A stretch of 64,000 nucleotides of DNA from a virus. Taxonomy: Duplodnaviria > Caudoviricetes. The stretch lies in IMG/VR virus record IMGVR_UViG_3300026077_000001; one strand, given 5' to 3'. Positions 38,936-47,888 of this stretch are shown one piece after another. Under the pieces are notes generated by a model. That model saw only the letters and a list, made by a program, of their open reading frames with translations. It ran no database searches and was not told where the DNA came from. Each line of letters opens with the position of its first letter. The stretch's first letter is position 1. The position numbers were made by a program, and so were the translations under genes.

Positions 38936-40132
38936 ATGGCTACTAAGAACACCCATCTCGAACACTTAGAAGATGACATCCTAAACCAAGGTTCCAAGGG
39001 TGGTAAGAATGCTATTGCTTTCCTGAAAGAACTAGGAAAGATGTTGACAGAACCCAAGAGTGCTATTACTGTCACTACTAAATGGGATGGAGCACCTGCT
39101 ATTGTATGTGGTGTCAATCCTGAGACAGAAGCGTTCTTTGTGGGAACTAAATCAGTATTCAATAAGACCAATCCTAAGATCATATATGTTGAGAGTGATA
39201 TAGAATTCCACGGTTATAGTGGTGAACTAGCAAAGAAATTAAAACTAGCATTGAAATATCTAAGTACACTTAAGATTAAGGGTGTACTACAGGGTGATAT
39301 GTTATTCAGTAATGGTGATAAGGTTAGGAAGCAAATAGATGGTAAGTCTTGTATTGCTTTCACACCTAATACTATTACCTATTGTGTAGAGAAAGGATCT
39401 GATATCTATAAGGAAGTTAATGCTGCAGAGTTTGGTATTGTATTCCATACAAAATACAGTGGTTCTGATATGGCATCTATGAATGCAGTATTGGGTGATG
39501 TTAGTGGGAGTTTTACTAAGACTGCTAAGGTATTCTCAGGTACTGCTACGTTCAAGGACGTGTCAGGACAGTCAACATTCACACCAAAAGAGAAGACTGC
39601 CTTCAATGCTCAGGTCAATAAGACACACGGATCATTGAAGCAAGCATCTAAGTTCTTAGATATACTTGGTGGCACAGGTGATGGTAGGTTTTTATTCTCT
39701 GCTCTATTCAAACAGTACTTTAACTCTTATGTGAGAACAGGTAAACCAATTACTAACGTACAAAAAGTAGCAGCAGGATTTGAAGGCTTCTATGTCACGC
39801 TATTAGATAAGCAAATTAATTCAGTTAAACAACCTACTACTAAAAAGAAATATCAAAAGATAAAAACAGACGGACAAAAGTTTTTAAAGCAGAATGCAAG
39901 GGCAGTTTATATGACTGTGGCATCCTATATGAACCTAATATCCGCAAAAAATATAGTTATTAAGAAACTTAATGCAGTAAAGAGCGTAGGCACCTATCTC
40001 AAGACTGACAAAGGGTTTAAGGTTACTTCTCCCGAAGGATTTGTGGCAATAAAATCAGGAAAAGCACTCAAACTTGTTGACCGAGTTGAATTTTCCCGTG
40101 CCAACTTCACAATAGAGAAGAACTGGGGGTGA
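38936..40132 (+). CDS. DUF6267-like protein of the ATP-dependent ligase / nucleotidyltransferase superfamily
   Basis: Motifs TKWDG, QGDMLF, EGFVA and KLVDR. Confidence 0.65.
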   Translation: MATKNTHLEHLEDDILNQGSKGGKNAIAFLKELGKMLTEPKSAITVTTKWDGAPAIVCGVNPETEAFFVGTKSVFNKTNPKIIYVESDIEFHGYSGELAKKLKLALKYLSTLKIKGVLQGDMLFSNGDKVRKQIDGKSCIAFTPNTITYCVEKGSDIYKEVNAAEFGIVFHTKYSGSDMASMNAVLGDVSGSFTKTAKVFSGTATFKDVSGQSTFTPKEKTAFNAQVNKTHGSLKQASKFLDILGGTGDGRFLFSALFKQYFNSYVRTGKPITNVQKVAAGFEGFYVTLLDKQINSVKQPTTKKKYQKIKTDGQKFLKQNARAVYMTVASYMNLISAKNIVIKKLNAVKSVGTYLKTDKGFKVTSPEGFVAIKSGKALKLVDRVEFSRANFTIEKNWG

Positions 40133-40138
40133 TAAATA
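40132..40138 (+). promoter_or_regulatory. Late promoter
   Basis: ATAAATA upstream of the cytidylyltransferase-like gene. Confidence 0.6.
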
Positions 40139-40163
40139 ATAAACGACAACCAATTATATTGCG

Positions 40164-41378
40164 ATGAAGTTAAGTCAATTCTTATCTGAGGCACGTACTG
40201 TTGCAGGTGAAGCTGCAGCTAAAAGAGGACTTGCACACGCAGGTCACGGTTACTATGCTGACAGGGCAGGGAACATTGTTGCCAAGTCTGTTGGTGGTGA
40301 GCGTCTTGTAGCTGTAGATAAGAAAGAAGCAGAGGAAGCTACTGTAGGATCAGCACAAGGTGAGGCAGAAGATGCACATCTTCCTGAGAAAGGTGGTGAA
40401 GGTCTAGGACATATCGCATTAACATTTGGTCGTTTTAATCCTCCTACTATTGGACACGAAGCACTCTTAGATAAGGTTGCATCTGAAGGTGCTGATAATT
40501 ACAGGATCTATCCTAGTAGGACAGTGGATAGGAAATCTAATCCACTAGAACCAGAAACAAAGATTCAGTATATGCAATCGATGTTTAAAGAACATTCAGA
40601 AGCCATCGTTAACGATGCTGATATGTCAAACATCTTTAACGTACTGTCTACTCTCAATCAAGAGGGTTATTCTGGTGTCACTATGGTTGTTGGTTCTGAT
40701 CGTGTGTCAGAATTCAAAGGACTTCTTGAGAAATATAATGGTGTTGCATACGAATTCGAAGAACTCGAAGTAGTATCAGGTGGGCAGAGAGATCCCGATG
40801 CCGAAGGTGTTGAGGGTATGTCTGCATCTAAAATGCGTGCGTTTGCTGCTGAAGGAAACCTTGAATCATTTGAACAGGGGTTACCTAAAGGGTTTAGTGA
40901 CGCTAAGAAATTAATGAAAGAAGTTCGTATTGGAATGGGTCTACCACCAGAGGTAGAAGTTGAAGCAATTGAAACTGAACCTAAGAAGAAAAAGGTTACA
41001 GAACTCTGGAAGATTGCACCTAAACTTGCTCAAGAAGATTTGCGTGAAGCATATATATCAGAGCAGGTATTCAGTATCGGTACTTTAGTAGAGCATACAG
41101 ATACTGGTGTCCGTGGTGAAGTGGTACAACGTGGAACTAACTACGCTACCTTTAAAGATGAGCACGGATGGGAATTTAAAGTATGGTTAACTAGTTTAAC
41201 AGAAGTTGCAGATGCTTCAATCAAAAGAGATGACCAATCAAACTTCTCTGCTGATGATGGATCAGGCAACACTTGGAAAGTCGGTACTGATGAGTATAGA
41301 CAAGCAGTTCAAGCACTAACACCTGGTCAAGGTGTAGTGAAGTTCAGTCATTTCCGAAAACAAACCCCTACTAAATAG
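40164..41378 (+). CDS. Cytidylyltransferase-like (HxGH) nucleotidyltransferase
   Basis: TFGRFNPPTIGH, VVGSDRV and MSASKMR. Confidence 0.88.
   Translation: MKLSQFLSEARTVAGEAAAKRGLAHAGHGYYADRAGNIVAKSVGGERLVAVDKKEAEEATVGSAQGEAEDAHLPEKGGEGLGHIALTFGRFNPPTIGHEALLDKVASEGADNYRIYPSRTVDRKSNPLEPETKIQYMQSMFKEHSEAIVNDADMSNIFNVLSTLNQEGYSGVTMVVGSDRVSEFKGLLEKYNGVAYEFEELEVVSGGQRDPDAEGVEGMSASKMRAFAAEGNLESFEQGLPKGFSDAKKLMKEVRIGMGLPPEVEVEAIETEPKKKKVTELWKIAPKLAQEDLREAYISEQVFSIGTLVEHTDTGVRGEVVQRGTNYATFKDEHGWEFKVWLTSLTEVADASIKRDDQSNFSADDGSGNTWKVGTDEYRQAVQALTPGQGVVKFSHFRKQTPTK
41372..41377 (+). promoter_or_regulatory. Late promoter
   Basis: TAAATA at the stop codon, upstream of the ORF at 41400. Confidence 0.55.
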
Positions 41379-41399
41379 TAATTACAAAGAATTAGTCAG

Positions 41400-42791
41400 A
41401 TGGATTTAACTCTTACGTCAAAACTCCTGAAGTATAGTCCTTCAGACGTACAAGCGGTACGTTATACAGTATCTTATGCCAAGAATAACTTTCAAGGTGA
41501 TGCTGTGGATGATTATATTCAAGAGCACTGTAAGTCACGTGCCAAGTTGGAGATAGCAGAGATCTTTTTAGGTGAGACCTCCAATGCAAACACTATTAGT
41601 GCTAAGTCAAGTGCTGCCAGTGGTAAGATTGACAAGATCAAAGAGAAGCCATCGACTGAGGGATCTACTTCCCCTGCAATGAAGTCTATTGAAGCAAAAG
41701 GCGATGCAAAGAAAGTAGGATACAAAGGTGGACTAGAAGGTACTGGTACTAATGTTGTACAGAAAGAAGAGACCGACTGGATCGCTGATGTCGTAGAAGA
41801 ATTAGGTGATGAGTTCGATGAGTTGACTGATGAGGATTTGGAGAATGTTATCCTCGAAGCACTAAGCGAACTAGACTCCGAAGAATTAATTACTGAGGCT
41901 TTAGATTCCTTTGAAGATCTAGAGTTATTAACAGAAGCACCATCAAAGCATTCAGCATTCCCTAATGTTGCAGTGCAGAAACCTCAAAAGGAAAAGCCTG
42001 CACGTGATGCTGGTGCAATTGCTAAGAAGCGTTTATCAGATAAACAGGGATCTAAACCTGCTAAGTCAGATAAACCTAGCCGTATGGCTCGTCTTGGTAA
42101 TGCTGCTAAGAGAGTAGGATCAGCCGTTAAGTCTGGTGCTAAATCAGTAGCTAAAGGTGCAGTTAAAGGTGCGGGTTATGCTACTGGTTTAGCACAACGT
42201 GCGGCTTCAACTACTAAGAAAGAGTTCTCTAAAGGTAGAGAGCGTGGTCTTAAAGGTAGTGGTGCGAAGAAGGCAGTTGCTTCTTCTTCAGGATCTGGAT
42301 CTTCAGGATCTGGTGACACTCCCACTTCAAACTTAGCGAAGACTTCTTCTACAACCACAACAACCACAACAACAGGTGGTGGCGGTGGTTCTGGTGAAAC
42401 AAAACCCAAGAAAAAATCTCTATTACGTCGTGCTGCAGGTGCGATAGGTAGAGGTCTCAAAAAGGTCGTGGGTAAAACCTCACGTGCTGTTTCTAAGGGT
42501 TCCGATAAACTAGCAAGGAAACTTGGAGAAGACTCCACTATGGAAAACAAAGTACAACGTGTTCGTCAGATACTTGCGATGCAAGAAACTGCTGCTCACG
42601 ATAAGAGATCACTAGATGCTAATGCTAACTCTTGGAGAGAGCGTCTTGGTTGGGACTTAGAAGAAGAGAAGACTCCTGAGCAAAAGAAGAAGTCTGATGT
42701 TCTTAAGCAAACCAAAGATCTTACAAACAAAGGTAAGCACAAAGAAGCATCTGCTTTATTCAAAAAACATTTCCCTAACTTTGGTAAATAA
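41400..42791 (+). CDS. Large low-complexity acidic/basic protein, probably head-internal
   Basis: Alternating acidic and Lys/Ala/Gly-rich blocks with several L/I-x-E motifs. Confidence 0.75.
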   Translation: MDLTLTSKLLKYSPSDVQAVRYTVSYAKNNFQGDAVDDYIQEHCKSRAKLEIAEIFLGETSNANTISAKSSAASGKIDKIKEKPSTEGSTSPAMKSIEAKGDAKKVGYKGGLEGTGTNVVQKEETDWIADVVEELGDEFDELTDEDLENVILEALSELDSEELITEALDSFEDLELLTEAPSKHSAFPNVAVQKPQKEKPARDAGAIAKKRLSDKQGSKPAKSDKPSRMARLGNAAKRVGSAVKSGAKSVAKGAVKGAGYATGLAQRAASTTKKEFSKGRERGLKGSGAKKAVASSSGSGSSGSGDTPTSNLAKTSSTTTTTTTTGGGGGSGETKPKKKSLLRRAAGAIGRGLKKVVGKTSRAVSKGSDKLARKLGEDSTMENKVQRVRQILAMQETAAHDKRSLDANANSWRERLGWDLEEEKTPEQKKKSDVLKQTKDLTNKGKHKEASALFKKHFPNFGK

Positions 42792-42793
42792 CT

Positions 42794-43246
42794 ATGGCTA
42801 AAAAGGTGAAGGGTAAAAAAACCACCGTAATTGTTAACCCCAAAAAGGACGATCTAATGAAAGAGGACATCAAAAGATTACTTCGTAGTGAAGTTGATAG
42901 CTTGCGTGAAGCAGCTAAGAAGAAGCTCGATCCTGTAGGGAAGGAAGACAAGGACATCGATAACGATGGTGACAAGGACAACTCTGACACATATCTTCTA
43001 AACAAAAGGAAGAAGATAACTAAAAGTGTCACAGGTAAAACACCCAAGCACCTTTGTGCTAAGTATGTCGAACATAAAGAGTTCGGTGTATGCGAGACCA
43101 TTCCTGGTGCTCACGATCTAGTGGAGCAAGAGGATGGATCTTATAAAGTATTTCATTATGACCTCAAGGATGAGTCAGGTAACCTTTATGAGGACGTATC
43201 TATTGAGGACTTCGAAGTAATAGTAGAGATGGAGCACGCTCACTAA
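42794..43246 (+). CDS. Hypothetical protein with an EF-hand-like loop
   Basis: LDPVGKEDKDIDNDGDKDNSD. Confidence 0.75.
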   Translation: MAKKVKGKKTTVIVNPKKDDLMKEDIKRLLRSEVDSLREAAKKKLDPVGKEDKDIDNDGDKDNSDTYLLNKRKKITKSVTGKTPKHLCAKYVEHKEFGVCETIPGAHDLVEQEDGSYKVFHYDLKDESGNLYEDVSIEDFEVIVEMEHAH

Positions 43247-45042
43247 TGAAAAGTTTTAAATCCTTTAATGAAGCTGTTGCTAACAAGAAGCAATCTGATG
43301 CTATAGCACAAGCAAAGTTAGATCGTAAGTCTGCACTTAAAGTTAAGTCTGTTAAGTACAGAAAGGAGAACAATCAGGTTGGTGACCCTAACTCTAGTGC
43401 ACCTGAACAGAATTTCTCTGAAGCTAAGGTAGATGCTGGTAAGTCTCCTGAAACAAAAGAGAAGGATAGGAACGTACGTAAGTTTGGTGTAAGTCATAAC
43501 GTATCAGGTCACGGTAAACTAAGAAGATCTCTTCATAGGATGAACCGTGGAGATAAAAAGATACCTGGTGATAAGTCTAAATGGATGGAGATGGAAGGGA
43601 AGGATTACGGTATCACTAGGGGAGATGGTAAACCAAAGGGTGTTATGAAAGCATACCTTGATGCCAAAGCAAAGAAATTAAGTAAAGAAAAGGCAGCACA
43701 AAAGCCTGAGTATAGAAACAACCCTGCATTTGGTGATCCATCACATCATTCAAACAGAAAGAACATTAAAGAATTTGTAGGAACAACTATAGCTGGAACT
43801 GCTGGAGCAGCGACTGCAAAGAAAGGTGATAAGGTTCGTAAGGCAGTTGGTTCTGGTGCAGGATATGCAGTAGGTTCCACAGCTGGTCGTGCAGCTGGTG
43901 GTGCAGTTGGTCAAGCAGTAGGTAGAGCAACGGTTCCTATTGTTGGTGGTGCAGTTGGTAAACAGGTAGGTAAAGTAATTGGTGGTACTGCAGGCGGTGT
44001 AGCAGGTGCTGTTGCAGGTAACAAGTTAGCTGGTACATCAAAGAAGAAAGTAAAGGAAGAGGTAGAATTAACTGAAGCTCCTGGAGTTAGTACAGCTATA
44101 TCTCAAGGTGTTAAACAAGGTGGTAAGTGGGCTGTTCGTCAAGGAATAAAAGTTGGTGGTAAACAAGGTGGTTACGCTGTAAAGAAAGCAGGTAAATATG
44201 CAGGACAAGCTGCTAAAGAAACTGCTGTTGAATATGGTAAAGGAGCACTTAAAGGTGCTAAAGAAAGAGCTGGTAAAGCAGGTGAACGTCACGCAAAGAA
44301 TTTAAGTCTGCCACAACAGACAACTAACGAAGGTCTTGCTACTGCAGGTGGATTAACTTATAAAAAGTCTGAAAAACCAGGTAAATTTGAAAAAGCAGGT
44401 AGAGTTGTAGGTGGAATTGGTGGAAGTATTGGTGGCAGTATAGGTGGTGCTGCAGCTGCAGGTGCTGCAGGTAGTGTCGTACCTGTTGCAGGTACTGCTG
44501 CAGGTGGAATTGCAGGAGGAATTGCAGGAGGAGTTGCTGGTGATATAGCTGGCACAAGAACTGGTGGTTCTATAGGTCAAAAAATTGATAAATTAACAGG
44601 TGGAAACAAGAAACCAGTTGCTAAGAAGACTACTGCAGTTACTAAAGAGTCTAAAGACATTGCAGATATACTTGCAAGACTAGAGAAGAAACGTATCAGT
44701 AAGGGTGGAGACGCAAAGGACTCACCACTACCTGCGTTCCGTAAGTATCACGCTGACAAAGATAAGAAGAAGAAAGAAGTAAAAGAAGATGTGATAGGTG
44801 AAGAAGGTTACGATCACTGGAGAGACAAACAACTTGAGAAGTATGGTACTGGGTGGAGATCTAATGACAGACCTAGACCATCATCAGGTGGTGGAAAGCA
44901 CAGTGGTAACGATAAGATGACCAAGAAGAAGAACTCTGACAAGGCATTGGACAGTGTAGTAAGTGACCTCAAGAAAAAATATGGGGACAAAGCTGTGCTA
45001 GTATCAAAGAGAAAGTACAGAGGAGGCAAGAGAGTACAATGA
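43246..45042 (+). CDS. Modular Lys/Gly-rich protein with glycine-zipper segments, probably head-internal
   Basis: N-terminus MKSFKSFNEA, repeated GxxxG segments and modules bounded by Glu motifs. Confidence 0.78.
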   Translation: MKSFKSFNEAVANKKQSDAIAQAKLDRKSALKVKSVKYRKENNQVGDPNSSAPEQNFSEAKVDAGKSPETKEKDRNVRKFGVSHNVSGHGKLRRSLHRMNRGDKKIPGDKSKWMEMEGKDYGITRGDGKPKGVMKAYLDAKAKKLSKEKAAQKPEYRNNPAFGDPSHHSNRKNIKEFVGTTIAGTAGAATAKKGDKVRKAVGSGAGYAVGSTAGRAAGGAVGQAVGRATVPIVGGAVGKQVGKVIGGTAGGVAGAVAGNKLAGTSKKKVKEEVELTEAPGVSTAISQGVKQGGKWAVRQGIKVGGKQGGYAVKKAGKYAGQAAKETAVEYGKGALKGAKERAGKAGERHAKNLSLPQQTTNEGLATAGGLTYKKSEKPGKFEKAGRVVGGIGGSIGGSIGGAAAAGAAGSVVPVAGTAAGGIAGGIAGGVAGDIAGTRTGGSIGQKIDKLTGGNKKPVAKKTTAVTKESKDIADILARLEKKRISKGGDAKDSPLPAFRKYHADKDKKKKEVKEDVIGEEGYDHWRDKQLEKYGTGWRSNDRPRPSSGGGKHSGNDKMTKKKNSDKALDSVVSDLKKKYGDKAVLVSKRKYRGGKRVQ

Positions 45043-45344
45043 GTTGGTTACCCGATGACTTAGGTCCTATGGCTCAATTTGATGAGCGTGTATTAGCACA
45101 GTTCAATGATGCTAAATCAAAGAAGAGGATACAAGATAACGAGGATAAGAATACCGAGCAGAAATTAAAGATGGTGCACGGTAAGAAGAAGGTCGGTAAG
45201 GATTGGAGAAAGTTTAAGTCTGAATTAGATCAGAAAAAAGCAGACGAGAAGAAAAATGCACGTGTAGATAAGAAGAAAGGAGTACGTGCTCTATCAGGTG
45301 GCAAGTGGGGTTACGTTAAGGATGGCAAATTTAAGTCTGATTGA
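45039..45344 (+). CDS. Basic hypothetical protein
   Basis: ORF with ATGA overlap. Confidence 0.7.
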   Translation: MSWLPDDLGPMAQFDERVLAQFNDAKSKKRIQDNEDKNTEQKLKMVHGKKKVGKDWRKFKSELDQKKADEKKNARVDKKKGVRALSGGKWGYVKDGKFKSD

Positions 45345-45376
45345 TCATATATACTTCTAGATAATTGACTAGAGTT

Positions 45377-45565
45377 ATGATTAACTTCTTAATGCCCATT
45401 GCTATTAGCATCATTAACAAAGCTATTGATAGAATACCAGAAGATCTGGATTCTGTTATCAAAGACTTTGTTATTAAGATCCTAAAGAAAGCAGCTGCCA
45501 AGACTGATAATAAGGTTGACGATGAACTCGTTGCTGCAGTCGCTAAGGCACTACTCGAATCTTAG
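45377..45565 (+). CDS. Small amphipathic hypothetical protein
   Basis: MINFLMPIAISII...TDNKVDDELV. Confidence 0.7.
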   Translation: MINFLMPIAISIINKAIDRIPEDLDSVIKDFVIKILKKAAAKTDNKVDDELVAAVAKALLES

Positions 45566-45570
45566 TAGCA

Positions 45571-45578
45571 TATAAATA
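45571..45578 (+). promoter_or_regulatory. Late promoter
   Basis: Exact T4 consensus TATAAATA. Confidence 0.75.
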
Positions 45579-45612
45579 AAACATAGAACAGTACAAATCT
45601 CTGGAGATACCA

Positions 45613-46440
45613 ATGGCAGTCCACGGAAAAATAGATGCTGCAGCCTTTAGTAATACTATAGGGGTCGTTAATGGCGACGCTACAGTAACTAAAAATGCTG
45701 GGGACTCTGTAGTTGTAGGTGATGTGCTAAACATTAGTAGTGTAAACTATATTGTTAAGCAAGTAACTAGCACTACTGCAATAGAATTGCACAAGAATTA
45801 TGCAGGAAGCACAGCAACTGTTGCTGCTGCATCCGTTATAAGGAGAACACCTCCTAAAGCAGTCGCAGAATACGTCATCAAAGGTGGTGACAGTAATTCA
45901 AACTACGACTTAGTTTTTGTTGATACATCTGAAGATGGTATCGCATCAAACAAAACTCGTGGTATCACTGGACCTGGTTGGTGGCTGTATCAAACTTATC
46001 AAACACATAATGGTACTGAACGTCACAAGGCAGAGTGTTTAGTTCCCCTCAAGGTTGCTGCTGGTACAGCAGGTGACTTTGCTCAGGATACTATTGACGC
46101 TGATGTCAACGAGACAATCACAGTCGGTACACAACCTGCTAACTCTACTTCTTCTAGTGGTGCTGGAACATTCGTTGCTGCATTCACAGTGGATCAGTCT
46201 GGTACTAAGGTTTACAAGTGGCAACGTCAGACAGCAAATGCAACTACTCGTTGGGTAGATATTGCTGCTGGTACTGATACTGGTATCACATACGCTGACT
46301 TCACTACAGCAACACTTGCTTACAGTGGACTCGCAGGTACTACACTTAACGGTTATAAGTATCGTTGCGTACTTAACACCAGTAAGGGTGCTGAGACTAA
46401 GTATACCAATGGAGCAGCGACTCTAACATTTGGTAGTTAA
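45613..46440 (+). CDS. Probable virion structural protein with a C-terminal Ig-like domain
   Basis: ITGPGWWLY and QP...YKWQ...YKYRCV Ig-like pattern. Preceded by a late promoter. Confidence 0.7.
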   Translation: MAVHGKIDAAAFSNTIGVVNGDATVTKNAGDSVVVGDVLNISSVNYIVKQVTSTTAIELHKNYAGSTATVAAASVIRRTPPKAVAEYVIKGGDSNSNYDLVFVDTSEDGIASNKTRGITGPGWWLYQTYQTHNGTERHKAECLVPLKVAAGTAGDFAQDTIDADVNETITVGTQPANSTSSSGAGTFVAAFTVDQSGTKVYKWQRQTANATTRWVDIAAGTDTGITYADFTTATLAYSGLAGTTLNGYKYRCVLNTSKGAETKYTNGAATLTFGS

Positions 46441-46456
46441 TTTTATTTAATTTGGT

Positions 46457-46828
46457 ATGAATTTTAGTAATCTCAATGCGGAGAACTTCTTGTTCTTCGC
46501 AATGAAGCATTACGACAACCCCCAGTCTGTGACATACGATGACTTCCTTGAAGATATGATGAGGTTTAAGTATCTCAAAAGACTCTTTGGAAGGTATGTT
46601 AAGACTGGGGTGTTACGTAATCATTTGATCTTGAATCATCTTATAGTACTGTTTAATGTATTTGGTGAGGCAGCGATCCCCCTACTTGTTTATAAACTAG
46701 AGAAACAGTACTGGGATATTCTGAAAACCTATCTGGTGTATATCAATAGATATCCTGAACAAGGATGTGGGACGCTAGATTTTGTAGAGGTCGATCCCAT
46801 AGTAAGTAAACAGTTATCGGAACTATAA
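46457..46828 (+). CDS. Conserved T4-like hypothetical protein
   Basis: FAMKHYDNPQ...RFKYLKRLF...LILNHLIVLFNVFG. Confidence 0.8.
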   Translation: MNFSNLNAENFLFFAMKHYDNPQSVTYDDFLEDMMRFKYLKRLFGRYVKTGVLRNHLILNHLIVLFNVFGEAAIPLLVYKLEKQYWDILKTYLVYINRYPEQGCGTLDFVEVDPIVSKQLSEL

Positions 46829-47502
46829 TGAATCTAACTGACAAAGTTAAGCAAGGAATTGACAATGCCATACTAGAGAGACTAGGTGGTAAAGGTTACT
46901 CTAGGAAAGCCACTGGAGGTGGAGGTGACTGGGAAGATTCAGACAGAGGTGAAGGTAATAAGGCAACTAGAAGAGCAGGTGGTAAGGTAAAGGTAAAGAG
47001 TCCTACCTACATTGCTCACGTTAAGAATAAAAAGTTGAAGGAGGATGCTCCTACAATGAGTGCAGGTTCAGATCCTGCAGGTTTTAGTAACGATGCTGAT
47101 AATAATGGTCCTGTTGCAGGAGTAGATCAACCTTTAGGTGGTACACAGAAACAACCTAGTGGTAAGGGAGCAAAGAAAGCACTTAAGTATAAGTGTAAGA
47201 AGAGTAAAGACGGTGTGAATGAAATTGATTGTCGTGTTAAGAGTAATGTAAAAGAGGGAAGACAACCTGATGATGCTGCATCATCTGGTAACCCACGGTA
47301 CTTACCATTCAAAGTCAGGTGTGATAGTCCTACCTGTCCTGGATGTATGGAGTTTATATACTATGGTAAGTCACCTGCTGAGGTAAAGATTGAACTCAGA
47401 AAGATATACAGACCAGAGAGACTAAAGCATTTAACAATTACTAGGGTATACCCTGCTGATGTATTGAAGTACTACTGGGATAAGCGTAGGGCAGCAATGT
47501 AA
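46828..47502 (+). CDS. Hypothetical modular protein
   Basis: Basic modules bounded by ILE, LKE and VKE motifs. Confidence 0.7.
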   Translation: MNLTDKVKQGIDNAILERLGGKGYSRKATGGGGDWEDSDRGEGNKATRRAGGKVKVKSPTYIAHVKNKKLKEDAPTMSAGSDPAGFSNDADNNGPVAGVDQPLGGTQKQPSGKGAKKALKYKCKKSKDGVNEIDCRVKSNVKEGRQPDDAASSGNPRYLPFKVRCDSPTCPGCMEFIYYGKSPAEVKIELRKIYRPERLKHLTITRVYPADVLKYYWDKRRAAM

Positions 47503-47888
47503 TGTCAGATATAAATGGAGCAATACTGGAGCGACTGGAAAAGGTCGTTGATAAACTCTCCGAGAACTCTTCTAAGATGGGGGAGTTACTTGCTGTTCAT
47601 AATGAGAAGTTAGATAAACAGGATAGAATTGATGCTGTACTCTTTGAAAAGATAGAGTCAGTTCATAGAGAAATTAATAGGAGATCAGATGAGATCAAGA
47701 AAGGATGTGAACGAGACATACGAAAGGTCGATGACCGTCTTCGCACGATGGAAAAGAAGATGTGGTCTATTTTTGGTGCTCTTTCTATTATATCTGTCAT
47801 CGTTAGTCCAATCGGACAATCGGTCCTCAGGAACTTGACAGAAACTACTCCACCATCTATAGTAAATTCAGGCGATATGATTATGTGA
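47502..47888 (+). CDS. Coiled-coil protein with a C-terminal TM helix
   Basis: LLAVHNEKL...MEKKMWSIFGALSII. Confidence 0.75.
   Translation: MSDINGAILERLEKVVDKLSENSSKMGELLAVHNEKLDKQDRIDAVLFEKIESVHREINRRSDEIKKGCERDIRKVDDRLRTMEKKMWSIFGALSIISVIVSPIGQSVLRNLTETTPPSIVNSGDMIM

Noticed and set aside
42286-44540. Short tandem repeats (TCTTCAGGATCTGG x2, ACAACC runs, GGAATTGCAGGA x2)
   Set aside because: They are in-frame repeats encoding Ser/Gly, Thr and glycine-zipper low-complexity protein. There are no spacers, so this is not CRISPR or a DGR.
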